From the NCBI GenBank assembly GCA_009700025.1, contig WLMW01000002.1, positions 9,411-73,410 of the forward strand: 64,000 nt of DNA, read 5' to 3'. Below are positions 9,256 to 19,347 of this stretch, one piece after another. The translations under genes and the position numbers were made by a program. Every line of letters starts with the position of its first letter. The first letter of the stretch is position 1. The notes below the pieces were generated by a model. That model was not told where the DNA came from. It worked only from the letters and a program-made list of their open reading frames with translations, and did not search any database. This DNA is from Actinomycetota bacterium (GTDB lineage Bacteria > Actinomycetota > Actinomycetes > Nanopelagicales > Nanopelagicaceae).

Positions 9256-9981
9256 TTATTTCGCTAGCACGGCTTTTTGAAGTTGATTCAAATCATTACA
9301 CCCCGCAACTGCTAAATCTAAAAGTTTATTTAAGAGATCGCGATCAAAAGGTTCACCCTCTGCCGTTCCTTGAACTTCAATAAATCGACCATCGCCTGCA
9401 ACAACGACATTCATATCAGTCCCAGCTCTAACATCTTCTTCGTAACAAAGATCCAACATTGGAACTCCGTCAATGATTCCAACACTTACAGCAGCTACGG
9501 AATCATTAAGTGGATTTGCTGTGGCCTTAATGTGGCCTTGATTTTTTGCCCAAGTGATTGCATCTGCCAATGCAACGTATGCACCAGTAATTGCTGCAGT
9601 TCTTGTTCCACCGTCTGCTTGCAACACATCACAGTCAATCACAATAGTATTTTCGCCAAGTTCTTTTGTATTGACAATTGCGCGCAATGATCGACCGACT
9701 AGTCGAGAAATTTCTTGAGTACGTCCGCCGAGTTTTCCTTTTACGCTTTCACGATCCGAACGTGTGTGTGTGGCTCGAGGAAGCATTGCATATTCAGAAG
9801 TAACCCAGCCGGTACCGGTATCCTTTAACCATCGAGGAACCCCCGGTGAAAAAGAAGCAACGCAAAGGACTCGAGTCTTCCCAAACTCAACGAGTACGGA
9901 GCCTTCGGCATGGTCTAGCCATCCGCGCGTGAACTTAATTTCGCGTAGAGAATTAACTTCTCGCCCATCGTTGCGTGCCAT
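9256..9981 (-). CDS. rph: Ribonuclease PH
   Basis: [33 protein letters not shown]; start re-called to MARNDGR (SD GGAGA). Confidence 0.97.
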   Translation of the reverse strand: MARNDGREVNSLREIKFTRGWLDHAEGSVLVEFGKTRVLCVASFSPGVPRWLKDTGTGWVTSEYAMLPRATHTRSDRESVKGKLGGRTQEISRLVGRSLRAIVNTKELGENTIVIDCDVLQADGGTRTAAITGAYVALADAITWAKNQGHIKATANPLNDSVAAVSVGIIDGVPMLDLCYEEDVRAGTDMNVVVAGDGRFIEVQGTAEGEPFDRDLLNKLLDLAVAGCNDLNQLQKAVLAK

Positions 9982-10026
9982 TGCGTTCTCCAATTGTTAA
10001 GTTGCTGCGATCTTGTTGTGGTTGGA

Positions 10027-10824
10027 CTAGAGATTTTGCTGTTCTACTTGAGTTACTTCTGGACCCAGGAACCGGCGAGCTAAGCTCTCAAAAGCCTTTG
10101 CATCTCCGGTAGCTAAGAATCGATGTGATGGTGGCGTGCTCTGTTGAAGACGCAGCAGATTATTTTCAACCAAGATTCGAAATAAATCCTTAGCTGTTTC
10201 TTCAGCACTTGAAACTAGTGTGACACCTTCACCCATTACATAAGAAATGACTCCAGTTAACAACGGATAGTGAGTGCAACCTAAAACTAAGGTGTCAATT
10301 TTTGCTTCTAGAAAAGGTGCTAAATAATCTCTTGCAATTTGAGTAATCTCTGGGCCAGAAGTTTCGCCGCGCTCTACATATTCAACAAAGAGCGGGCAAG
10401 CAATTGATGTAATTTCTAACTGTGGCGCTGCAGCAAATGCATCTAAGTAGGCCGCCGATTCGATTGTTGCGCGCGTTCCTATCACACCAATTTTGCCGCT
10501 TCGGGTAGCAGCAACTGCGCGCCGTGCTGCTGGCTGAATGACTTCAATGACAGGAACTGAGTAACGCTCTCTAGCATCTCGAAGCATCGCAGCACTTGCT
10601 GTGTTGCATGCAATAACAATTGCTTTAACTCCTTGGGCTACTAGAAAATCTAAACTTTCCAGGGCAAATTCTCGAACTTCAGCTAATGGTCGTGGCCCAA
10701 ATGGTCCACGCGCAGTATCGCCGATGTACAAGGTGGATTCATTGGGTAACTGATCTATAATTGACCTGGCAACAGTAAGTCCGCCGACTCCAGAATCAAA
10801 GATTCCAATTGGCGCATTGCTCAT
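10027..10824 (-). CDS. murI: Glutamate racemase
   Basis: [24 protein letters not shown]. Confidence 0.97.
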   Translation of the reverse strand: MSNAPIGIFDSGVGGLTVARSIIDQLPNESTLYIGDTARGPFGPRPLAEVREFALESLDFLVAQGVKAIVIACNTASAAMLRDARERYSVPVIEVIQPAARRAVAATRSGKIGVIGTRATIESAAYLDAFAAAPQLEITSIACPLFVEYVERGETSGPEITQIARDYLAPFLEAKIDTLVLGCTHYPLLTGVISYVMGEGVTLVSSAEETAKDLFRILVENNLLRLQQSTPPSHRFLATGDAKAFESLARRFLGPEVTQVEQQNL

Positions 10825-10854
10825 ATGGTCAATCCTACCGTGCGTAATGCAGGA

Positions 10855-11430
10855 CTACAGAGCATCATCCATGAGTGCTTGAATTAGACTCTCTTGTAAC
10901 CAGCCCAGCCAGCTATAAACAGCATAAACACCCCGCATTGGGTCATCTGGCGCCAGTATTTCTAGCTCTTCAAATGAATTTTCTTGAATCTTTAATCTAA
11001 CGCCGAGCGCTAATCGAATATCGTTCATTGCGCCTAACCAAGCATTCGCGCCATCGTGGTCGATCTCAATACAACCATCAGGAGAACTCTTTAAGTCAAT
11101 ACGCATTGACATAGCATGTGCCGATTTTTTAGTCCGCAGAGTTAACTCTGTATATCTTCGAAACTCGGAGGCATCTACTTGATCTGCGTATGCATTTGGT
11201 AGAAGTCGAAGTAAAACATCGTCCTCCGGAGGGGAATCATGTGAAGTTATTCCGACCATCACTGCTAGTGGATCATCACTGTGGTTGTCGGAACGTTCGC
11301 TGAGGAGTTCTATTAATTGTTCAACAAGGTTTATGAGAACTTCTCGCTCATCAGTTGAGAAATATGCTACATAATCATTACTTCCATGCCGATTAAATCC
11401 GGTTGGCGTTTCACTAGAATCCTTGCTCAT
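10855..11430 (-). CDS. DUF2017 family protein
   Basis: [36 protein letters not shown]; usual position after clpS; ATGA overlap gives start 11430. Confidence 0.85.
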   Translation of the reverse strand: MSKDSSETPTGFNRHGSNDYVAYFSTDEREVLINLVEQLIELLSERSDNHSDDPLAVMVGITSHDSPPEDDVLLRLLPNAYADQVDASEFRRYTELTLRTKKSAHAMSMRIDLKSSPDGCIEIDHDGANAWLGAMNDIRLALGVRLKIQENSFEELEILAPDDPMRGVYAVYSWLGWLQESLIQALMDDAL

Positions 11431-11735
11431 ATTACTTGATCCCCACGTTGGAGAGTTGCCCATAATCCATATTCATGGAGACGTGCCACATCATGTTCCA
11501 TTTCTTCACGACTGCCTGTTGAGACAACAGCTTTACCTTGAGTGTGAATCTGCATCATTATTTCGTGAGCTTTTTCTCTGGGAAAAGAAAATAACTCCAT
11601 TAATACATATGTCACATACGACATTAGATTTACTGGGTCATCCCAGACAATAGTTATCCATGGCTTTTCACTACTAAACAATTCTTTTATTGCTTCATCA
11701 ATTTTTGCATCTACTGCCTCATCTAGTTTGACCAT
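11427..11735 (-). CDS. clpS: ATP-dependent Clp protease adaptor ClpS
   Basis: [11 protein letters not shown]...IHTQGKAVV...LHEYGLWAT. Confidence 0.95.
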   Translation of the reverse strand: MVKLDEAVDAKIDEAIKELFSSEKPWITIVWDDPVNLMSYVTYVLMELFSFPREKAHEIMMQIHTQGKAVVSTGSREEMEHDVARLHEYGLWATLQRGDQVI

Positions 11736-11737
11736 AA

Positions 11738-13591
11738 CTATCTCACCACAACCGAAAATTCTTGAGAATAAAAGGTTTGTGCACCATTACCGACTTGTAT
11801 TCGCATGGTTATGACACCTCTCTCTGACTGGGAGGCCTTGAGTACGAACTCGCCATTGAAATCAGTGAGGCTACTTGTAGCGCCATTTTGCCACTTTCCA
11901 GCAATCATTCTTTGAATGATGACACTCGCGCCAGAAGTCCGAGGTAACACAAATCCTTTTACTTCAATCGGGTCGCCCCGTCTTATAGAACTTGGATGAT
12001 TAATCGTGATCTTTGGGCGCACGCTCACATTCTGTTCATTACTAACAGACTCTGCACGCTCCCAAGTGCCTTCAGTCCTCATTCGGAAAGCTGCAGATTC
12101 TGCAAGTGTGATTGGCACTGAGATTGCGCCATCTCGATCAGTTGTTGATTCGGCAATTTTTGTCCATGTGATTTCATTCGCACGCTTCATTTCGATGCTC
12201 ACGGCTAATTCAGCAACTGGTGATTTATCATTAAATGTCAATAAACCATTAAGTAAGAAAATATCACCATAGGAAACTTGATTGGCTTCACTATTTTGAA
12301 TGGTTAATTGGCTCGTTACAATATCTGGGGCAATCGCAAGAGCAACATTTCGCATCGCTGTAGTCGCACCAGCATCTTCCATACCCAAAGTCCAAAGTGC
12401 CGCACCACCTAATCGATATTGTGCAACTAGATTCATTCGCTCCGTAAAACTTCGCTCATTTTGATACCAAACAGTTCTTGAAACTACACAAGAAGTTGCC
12501 GAGCCTTTGGGGGTTAATCCATTAAAGGTTTTTACATAAGAATAAGTTGCTTCACTATTTTTCTCATCAAAGACAGGTACCGCTTGATCGATAGCTGCTT
12601 TTGCAGTCGCATAACTCATCTTAAAAGTCGCAGCTTTAGCTGACTTTGTTAAACCCGGAGGTGCCGAGGTAGGGCACGTTCCAACAATTGACGTAATCCA
12701 GTCACGGCCATATCCGGGCAAACCAATGAATACTTTTGATGCTGGCATAATGCTAATTGCATATTTCAAAGTTTTTTCAGTCCATGAAATTGGACCAATT
12801 GGGCCAGGTTTTGCGACCGAATAGTCATAGGTCATGATGCGCAGGCGATCAATGCTTGCAGCAATGTCTGCCCATGCATAAACCGTGTAACCCTTTTGTT
12901 TCTCACTCGGGTTGAATGCATATGGAGCAGTTACTGAAAGTAGTTTTTGTGAAAGGTGAAGTTGAGTACTTAGTTCTCGTATGAACAGAACCCAATTAGG
13001 GGCTGTCTTTGCCCATGTTGTATTCCCATCCACAAAAGCAAAGCCTTCAAAGTCCAAATCAATTCCATCAAATCCATTTTTATTCACAAGATCAACTATG
13101 GAAGTCACAATAGTTCCCCGAATTTCACTCTTAGCTAAATAACTGGCTAAAACTAATTTATCTGTGCCATCAGTAATTGTGGGAATAATCTTTAGCCCAG
13201 TTTTACGCATCAAACAAAGAGTATCCGCCATAGGCCATGAAGGATTGCCAGTCGTATAATCATTTCGAATTATTGTTGGAGATTTTAGAGTGAACCAAAA
13301 TGGCATTACTTCTTTCATTAAGTCTTTATTCGCGTAAAGATAGGAAGAGTTCAAAAGTGCTAAATCCTCCGGCGAATATTCATTTGCCTCACATGTAACT
13401 GGGGCACCAAGAATCGCAGCAGTCGTACTAGGAATCTTTTTGATAAAAGGCATTACTGTTTTCACCGAATAATAAGGTATCCATCCACTGACGATTGTGC
13501 GAGGTTGGTTGTCTGCCCAACTAACTGGAAGTGAAATACATATTGCCGCACATATTGCTAAAGCGGTTGCGACGCGAAACTTGCGCACCAT
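11738..13591 (-). CDS. Secreted glycoside hydrolase family 18 with C-terminal beta-sandwich repeats
   Basis: Signal peptide; FDGIDLDFE catalytic DxxDxDx[24 protein letters not shown]. Confidence 0.85.
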   Translation of the reverse strand: MVRKFRVATALAICAAICISLPVSWADNQPRTIVSGWIPYYSVKTVMPFIKKIPSTTAAILGAPVTCEANEYSPEDLALLNSSYLYANKDLMKEVMPFWFTLKSPTIIRNDYTTGNPSWPMADTLCLMRKTGLKIIPTITDGTDKLVLASYLAKSEIRGTIVTSIVDLVNKNGFDGIDLDFEGFAFVDGNTTWAKTAPNWVLFIRELSTQLHLSQKLLSVTAPYAFNPSEKQKGYTVYAWADIAASIDRLRIMTYDYSVAKPGPIGPISWTEKTLKYAISIMPASKVFIGLPGYGRDWITSIVGTCPTSAPPGLTKSAKAATFKMSYATAKAAIDQAVPVFDEKNSEATYSYVKTFNGLTPKGSATSCVVSRTVWYQNERSFTERMNLVAQYRLGGAALWTLGMEDAGATTAMRNVALAIAPDIVTSQLTIQNSEANQVSYGDIFLLNGLLTFNDKSPVAELAVSIEMKRANEITWTKIAESTTDRDGAISVPITLAESAAFRMRTEGTWERAESVSNEQNVSVRPKITINHPSSIRRGDPIEVKGFVLPRTSGASVIIQRMIAGKWQNGATSSLTDFNGEFVLKASQSERGVITMRIQVGNGAQTFYSQEFSVVVR

Positions 13592-13593
13592 CG

Positions 13594-13863
13594 TTATTTG
13601 TCTTCAGGTTCGTTTTTCAAACCGGCGTGAATCTCTTTGCACGTTGGGCAGATGGGATATTTTTCGGGGTCACGAGATGGAATCCACTTTTTTCCACAGA
13701 GTGCCCTAACGGCTTTACCGGTCACTGCAGATTCAACGATTTTGTCCTTCTTTACATAGTGTGCGAAACGATCGTGACCGCCATCATCTTCTTCAAGGAC
13801 AGGCCGCGTTAAGAGATCGGTATGTGACTCGGTCTCGGGTGTGGTGTTTCGAAAGATGCCCAT
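13594..13863 (-). CDS. DUF3039 family protein
   Basis: HDRFAHYVKK..ALCGK.W.P.RDP..YPICPTCKEI. Confidence 0.9.
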   Translation of the reverse strand: MGIFRNTTPETESHTDLLTRPVLEEDDGGHDRFAHYVKKDKIVESAVTGKAVRALCGKKWIPSRDPEKYPICPTCKEIHAGLKNEPEDK

Positions 13864-13912
13864 CAGGTAAGAATACCTTCGGCAACCCTGAAACTACGGG
13901 TAGAATTCGCAA

Positions 13913-14857
13913 ATGAAGGACTTACTCAGAACCCAAGATCTCTGCCGCGCAGATGTTGAGCTTTTACTCGATACGGCCGCCGAGTTTGCGGCTAATCCAC
14001 TTCGCTCCAATACCGCGCTGGCCAACAAAACAGTTGCGATATATATGACTAAGCCTTCAACAAGAACTCGACTCTCATCCGAGACGGCTGTAGCACATCT
14101 TGGTGGAACCCCAATCTTTATTCGTGGTGATGAACTTCAATTGGGTAGAGGTGAAACCATTGCCGACACGGCAAGAATAATTAGTGGGTACTGCAGTGCA
14201 CTCATCATTCGAACTTTTGCTCAATCTGATGTTAATGAACTTGGTACTCATGCATCGATTCCAGTTATTAATGCTCTCACCGATGATGATCACCCAACAC
14301 AATTACTTGCAGATTGGTTAACAATTCGTGAGCAATTCGGAAAAGATATCTCGGGCCGTAAGTTTGTTTACTTAGGTGATGGGAACAATATGTCTCATTC
14401 TTGGTTGTTGATGGGGGCCATCATGGGTGCACACGTTGTCACTGCAACACCAACAGGTGCATGGGCACCAGATCCACTAGTAGTTGCAGTTGCACAAAAA
14501 ATTGCACTGCAAAGCGGTGGAAAAATCGAAATATTGCATGACCCAGAAGCTGCGGCACAGGATGCAAGTGTCTTGTATACCGATGTGTGGATGTCGATGG
14601 GTGACTCTGACGATGAAAGAGATGAAAAAGTGGTGGCACTCTCACCATTTGCTGTTACTGAAAATTTAATGTCACTTACTCAAAAAGATTCAGTGTTCAT
14701 GCACTGTTTACCTGCACATCGTGGAGAAGAGGTCGAAGCCTCTGTAATAGACGGAACAAGATCACTTATTTGGCGAGAGGCGTATCACCGCCGTACAACG
14801 ATTCAATCTCTTTTGTATCACCTTATTAGAGGTGACCTCAAAGGCTCTAGCCAGTAG
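13913..14857 (+). CDS. argF: Ornithine carbamoyltransferase-family enzyme
   Basis: STRTR, HPTQ, GDGNN, DVWMSMG, HCLPAHRGEEV; C-terminal motif divergent (see findings). Confidence 0.75.
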   Translation: MKDLLRTQDLCRADVELLLDTAAEFAANPLRSNTALANKTVAIYMTKPSTRTRLSSETAVAHLGGTPIFIRGDELQLGRGETIADTARIISGYCSALIIRTFAQSDVNELGTHASIPVINALTDDDHPTQLLADWLTIREQFGKDISGRKFVYLGDGNNMSHSWLLMGAIMGAHVVTATPTGAWAPDPLVVAVAQKIALQSGGKIEILHDPEAAAQDASVLYTDVWMSMGDSDDERDEKVVALSPFAVTENLMSLTQKDSVFMHCLPAHRGEEVEASVIDGTRSLIWREAYHRRTTIQSLLYHLIRGDLKGSSQ

Positions 14858-14867
14858 TATTTCCCGC

Positions 14868-15995
14868 ATGCTCATAGCCGTACCTAAAGAAATTCGTGAG
14901 GGTGAAAAGCGCGTGGCGCTTGTTCCCGACATCATTAATAAATTAACTCGACTAGGTTTCGAAGTCGCTGTCGAAACTGGTGCTGGAGTGCATTCCCAAG
15001 CAACGGATGCTGATTATGTGAGCGCTGGTGCAACGGTCTCACAAGGACAAGTTCTGAGCGACGCCGACGCCGTTCTCTCAGTGCAACCGCTAACGCCAAC
15101 TCAGATGTCTTCATTAAAAAAGGGCGCAGTGACAGTAAGTTTCATGTCTCCCGTTACCGCCATCGATTCAATTGAAGCGGCAGTGACAGCGGGCGTAACT
15201 ACTTTCTCTCTTGAATTAGTCCCGCGAATTTCTCGTGCGCAATCTATGGATGCGCTTTCATCACAAGCTTTGTGTGCGGGGTATCGCGCAGCACTTGTTG
15301 GCGCTGAACTATCTCCACGATTTTTCCCAATGCTTATGACTGCTGCAGGAACCGTAACACCAGCACAAGTATTAGTTCTTGGTGCAGGTGTCGCAGGTTT
15401 ACAAGCGATCGCAACTGCGCGTCGCTTAGGCGCAGTTGTATCGGCATATGACGTTCGTCCGGCATCTGCCGATGAGGTTCGTTCAATGGGTGCAACTTTT
15501 ATTGAACTAGAACTCGAAGCTTTAGAAGGCTCTGGTGGTTACGCGCGCGAGATGACCGATGATCGCGCAGCTAAGCAGCAGGCGCTACTAACTCCCTACA
15601 TTGCTAAATCTCATGTGGTTATTACAACCGCAGCGGTTCCGGGTCGCCAAGCACCACGTTTGATGACGCAAGCAATGATTGATTCAATGGCCCCAGGCAC
15701 AATCATCATCGACTTAGCCGCTGAAACTGGCGGAAACGTTGAAGGTTCAAAACCTGGAGAAATCGTTTCTACAGCGGGCGGAGTCCGCATCTGGGGCGGC
15801 AAAGATGTCCCAAGCCAGCTTCCCTTCCATGCCTCGTTCTTGTACTCACGCAACGTTGTAAATCTCTTAACTCTCTTTACAACCCCGGCTAAGGATGAGG
15901 CCAAGGTCGCATTCGCAATTGATTTCGAGGATGAAATTATCAATGGGGCGGCAGTCACTCATGATGGAGCCCGTAGAAATGCAGGAGGTAGATAA
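14868..15995 (+). CDS. pntA: NAD(P) transhydrogenase subunit alpha, part 1 (dI)
   Basis: VPKE..GEKRVA, PRISRAQSMDALSS, GAGVAGL; start re-called to ATG 14868. Confidence 0.95.
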   Translation: MLIAVPKEIREGEKRVALVPDIINKLTRLGFEVAVETGAGVHSQATDADYVSAGATVSQGQVLSDADAVLSVQPLTPTQMSSLKKGAVTVSFMSPVTAIDSIEAAVTAGVTTFSLELVPRISRAQSMDALSSQALCAGYRAALVGAELSPRFFPMLMTAAGTVTPAQVLVLGAGVAGLQAIATARRLGAVVSAYDVRPASADEVRSMGATFIELELEALEGSGGYAREMTDDRAAKQQALLTPYIAKSHVVITTAAVPGRQAPRLMTQAMIDSMAPGTIIIDLAAETGGNVEGSKPGEIVSTAGGVRIWGGKDVPSQLPFHASFLYSRNVVNLLTLFTTPAKDEAKVAFAIDFEDEIINGAAVTHDGARRNAGGR

Positions 15996-16277
15996 ATGGA
16001 GCCGATAGCGGTTATTTCGATCTTCGTTTTGGCGGTTTTTGTGGGTTTTGAAGTCGTCTCTAAAGTTTCATCAACTTTGCATACACCCCTTATGTCTGGT
16101 GCAAATGCCATTCACGGTGTGATTCTGGTGGGTGCAATCATCGTCGCAGACCACAGTGAAACTAATCTAGAACTTGGTCTTGCAGTTGCAGCAATCGTCC
16201 TGGCAACAATCAACATGGTGGGTGGCTTTGTTGTTACCGATCGAATGCTGGAAATGTTCAAAGGAAAGAAAAAATGA
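15996..16277 (+). CDS. pntA: NAD(P) transhydrogenase subunit alpha, part 2
   Basis: LHTPLMSGANAIHG, GGFVVTDRML. Confidence 0.95.
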   Translation: MEPIAVISIFVLAVFVGFEVVSKVSSTLHTPLMSGANAIHGVILVGAIIVADHSETNLELGLAVAAIVLATINMVGGFVVTDRMLEMFKGKKK

Positions 16278-17665
16278 GCCGTACTCTGTATGACCTCATC
16301 GGCTTAGCTGCGGGTGTTGCATTTATTTTGGCGCTTAAAGGCCTTTCACACCCAAAGACTGCACGCCGTGGAAACTTGATTGGAGCTTTTGGTGCAACGC
16401 TGGCAACAGTTGTTGTTTTTTTCTATTCAAACCCAGGCTCATCGCTTCCCCTTAATAATCTTGGTTGGATTGTTGGTGCAATGGCGGTTGGTCTTGCTGT
16501 TGGCGTTCCGGCTGCACGTAAAGTTGAGATGACACAGATGCCACAACTTGTTGCACTATTTAATGGTGTTGGTGGTGGCGCAGCTGCACTCGTTGCAATC
16601 GTTGAATACCTTCACCTTGGTAGCGGGGCAACTAAAGCTGAAGTTATCTTCACAGTATTTACTGTGATCGTTGGCTGTGTCTCATTTAGCGGATCGATTA
16701 TCACTTTCATGAAGTTGCAAGAACTGATGACGACTCGACCAGTTATTTTCCCTGCCGGGCGGTTCATCATCGCCGCCACGCTAGTCAGCGTTATCGGAGT
16801 TGGCGGCTGGGTCGTTGCCGCACTCGGAACAACGCCACTTCTCATTCTTGCTGGACTTTCCCTTCTTTTTGGAGTGCTCTTTGTGCTTCCAGTTGGCGGT
16901 GCAGATGTGCCCATTGTTATCTCATTGCTGAATGCATTTACTGGTTTAACTGTTGCAGCCAGCGGGTACGTTCTAGATTCAGTTCTCTTAATCATTGCCG
17001 GAACATTGGTTGGTGCTTCAGGCACAATCTTGACGCGACTAATGGCAGAGGCAATGGGACGTTCATTATTTGGAACACTCTTTGGTGCATTTACGGCTAA
17101 AGCACAAGACACTAGCGGGGCTGCCGATGAGCGTCCAGTGCGCTCGGGTTCTCCAGATGACGTAGCGATTTTGTTGAACTATGCACGTCGCGTTGTTATC
17201 GTGCCTGGTTTTGGTTTAGCAGTTGCACAGGCACAACACACGGTGCGCGAACTTGCAGACCTCATGCTTTCTAAAGGCATTGAAGTTGCATATGGAATCC
17301 ATCCAGTTGCGGGTCGCATGCCAGGGCACATGAACGTTCTGCTTGCCGAAGCAAATGTTCCATATGATCAACTAGAGGAGATGGATGAGATTAATCCAAC
17401 TTTTAGTCAGACCGATGTTGCAATCGTTATCGGTGCTAACGATGTAGTTAATCCAGCGGCTGAAAATACTCCGGGATGTCCAATCTATGGAATGCCAATT
17501 TTAAAAGTTGCTAACGCAGCCAATGTTATCTTCTTGAAGCGTTCGATGCGTCCAGGTTTTGCTGGAATCGAAAATGAGCTTCTGTATGATCCGAAGACAA
17601 TGCTCTTGTTTGGCGATGCTAAGGCTTCGCTAACAAAAGTTGTCACTGCGCTAAAAGCTCTCTAG
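16274..17665 (+). CDS. pntB: NAD(P) transhydrogenase subunit beta
   Basis: MTQMPQLVA, HPVAGRMPGHMNVLLAEA, GANDVVNP. Confidence 0.97.
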   Translation: MSRTLYDLIGLAAGVAFILALKGLSHPKTARRGNLIGAFGATLATVVVFFYSNPGSSLPLNNLGWIVGAMAVGLAVGVPAARKVEMTQMPQLVALFNGVGGGAAALVAIVEYLHLGSGATKAEVIFTVFTVIVGCVSFSGSIITFMKLQELMTTRPVIFPAGRFIIAATLVSVIGVGGWVVAALGTTPLLILAGLSLLFGVLFVLPVGGADVPIVISLLNAFTGLTVAASGYVLDSVLLIIAGTLVGASGTILTRLMAEAMGRSLFGTLFGAFTAKAQDTSGAADERPVRSGSPDDVAILLNYARRVVIVPGFGLAVAQAQHTVRELADLMLSKGIEVAYGIHPVAGRMPGHMNVLLAEANVPYDQLEEMDEINPTFSQTDVAIVIGANDVVNPAAENTPGCPIYGMPILKVANAANVIFLKRSMRPGFAGIENELLYDPKTMLLFGDAKASLTKVVTALKAL

Positions 17666-18036
17666 TCAAGCGGCTTCAGTACGCAAAACTCATTTCCTTC
17701 GGGGTCTGCCATAACAATCCATGTTGTATCAGGATCTACTGACTGTCCAATTTCAATCCTTTTTGCACCGATTTTTACTAATCGCTCAACTTCTGTTAAC
17801 TGATTCTTTGGGCGAAGATCTAAGTGAATTCTATTTTTAGATTTCTTTGTGTCTGGTGTTCTTATAAAGAGCAAATCTGGATAGTTTTCACCACGAGATG
17901 AGTCTGGAGATTTTTCGATGTAGGCCTCATCGTGAGTAGCCCCTTCGCCAATTTTCCAGTCGAGAACTTGTGCCCAAAATGTTGCAAGCGCAATTGGATC
18001 CTGACAATCGATAGTTATACATTGAATGGTGAGCAT
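17662..18036 (-). CDS. VOC/glyoxalase-like protein
   Basis: LATFWAQVL, KNRIHLDL, WIVMADPEGNEFCV. Confidence 0.9.
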   Translation of the reverse strand: MLTIQCITIDCQDPIALATFWAQVLDWKIGEGATHDEAYIEKSPDSSRGENYPDLLFIRTPDTKKSKNRIHLDLRPKNQLTEVERLVKIGAKRIEIGQSVDPDTTWIVMADPEGNEFCVLKPLD

Positions 18037-18067
18037 GGCCCAAGCCTAAATGCTTGTGTTAGTGATG

Positions 18068-18107
18068 TGAATAATTATGAGCTTGCAGGTAGTTGAATGT
18101 TCAACTA
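18068..18107 (+). promoter_or_regulatory. SigH/SigR-like promoter overlapped by a perfect palindromic operator upstream of pirin
   Basis: TGAAT-N19-GTTG; TAGTTGAA-tg-TTCAACTA at 18090-18107. Confidence 0.55.
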
Positions 18108-18135
18108 TCCTTATTGGGACCCAAGGAGAATTAAA

Positions 18136-19254
18136 ATGCCAGCTGTAACCGTTGCCGATATAACTGTCTTACCTCGTGTGAATGAGGTTATCGGTGCACG
18201 CGCCCGCTCGGTCAAAAGTATTACAACTGCGCCGCAAGGGTATGAGGGCGAAGGCTTTCCAGTGCGTCGAACATTTGCTGGAATCGATATGGCCCAACTC
18301 GATCCATTCATCATGATGGATCAGATGGGCGAAGTTGAATACGCACCGGGAGAACCAAAGGGAACTCCATGGCATCCGCATCGCGGCTTTGAAACCGTCA
18401 CTTATATTATTGATGGAATTTTCGACCATAAAGATAACAACGGTGGTGGTGGAACAATTTCAAATGGTGACACACAATGGATGACAGCTGGTGCTGGAAT
18501 TTTGCATATTGAAACTCCCCCAGAACATTTAGTGATGTCTGGTGGGTTATTTCACGGTTTTCAACTCTGGGTTAATTTGCCAGCAGAAAAAAAGTGGAGT
18601 ACACCGGCGTATCAAGATGTGCGCGCAAAAGATGTTGCACTTTTATCTTCAACTGACGGCGGAGCATTAATTCGAGTTATCGCCGGCGAAGTTGATGGGC
18701 ACAGTGGTCCTGGAACAACGCAGACTCCGATTACATTGATTCATGCAACCATTGCAGCTGGGGCTGAGCTTCGCTTGCCGTGGCGCAAGGATTACAACGC
18801 ACTTGTATATGTTGCCGCAGGTTTTGGTTACGTTGGAGATGAACATCGACCAGTACATACAGGTCAGACAACCGTCTTTGGTGATGGTGACACAATCGTT
18901 GTGCGTGCTGCAGATCAACAGGAGAGTCGCTCTCCGGCGCTAGAGCTATTTATATTAGGTGGTGCGCCTATCAAAGAGCCAGTGGCGTGGATGGGGCCAT
19001 TTGTGATGAACACCAAGCAAGAAGTTCTGCAAGCTTTTGAGGATTTCCAAAAAGGCTTACTAGGAACTATTCCAGCGATTTACAAAGAGGACGCTAAGAA
19101 GCCTTTGACTCGTGGTGGTGAGGGCTCAAAGCCGAATGTCGCAACAAGTGGTGCAACAAGTGGTGCAACAAGTGGTGCAACAAGTGGTGCAAAAAAGGAC
19201 ACGGCCGAGGTGCTTAATGTGCATGGAGCTCCAAGTGAAATGCAAGAGGGGTAA
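18136..19254 (+). CDS. Pirin family protein
   Basis: WHPHRGFETVTY, QWMTAGAGILHIE, GPFVMNT; start re-called to MPAV (SD AGGAG). Confidence 0.92.
   Translation: MPAVTVADITVLPRVNEVIGARARSVKSITTAPQGYEGEGFPVRRTFAGIDMAQLDPFIMMDQMGEVEYAPGEPKGTPWHPHRGFETVTYIIDGIFDHKDNNGGGGTISNGDTQWMTAGAGILHIETPPEHLVMSGGLFHGFQLWVNLPAEKKWSTPAYQDVRAKDVALLSSTDGGALIRVIAGEVDGHSGPGTTQTPITLIHATIAAGAELRLPWRKDYNALVYVAAGFGYVGDEHRPVHTGQTTVFGDGDTIVVRAADQQESRSPALELFILGGAPIKEPVAWMGPFVMNTKQEVLQAFEDFQKGLLGTIPAIYKEDAKKPLTRGGEGSKPNVATSGATSGATSGATSGAKKDTAEVLNVHGAPSEMQEG
19141..19192 (+). repeat. Coding 12-bp tandem repeat GCAACAAGTGGT x4 (ATSG x4) in pirin tail
   Basis: Read directly from sequence. Confidence 0.9.
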
Positions 19255-19318
19255 ATTCGGTGAGTTGGAACGTCAAGTCACTTTGCTTAAAATTGGGCTG
19301 TTAATAACTTCTTAAGAA

Positions 19319-19347
19319 TGTCAGAGGCTCAATAGAGAGTCTCACCT
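19319..19347 (+). promoter_or_regulatory. PafBC/RecA-NDp-like promoter of the DUF222-HNH gene
   Basis: TGTCAG-N10-GAGAGT-N7-ATG. Confidence 0.5.
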
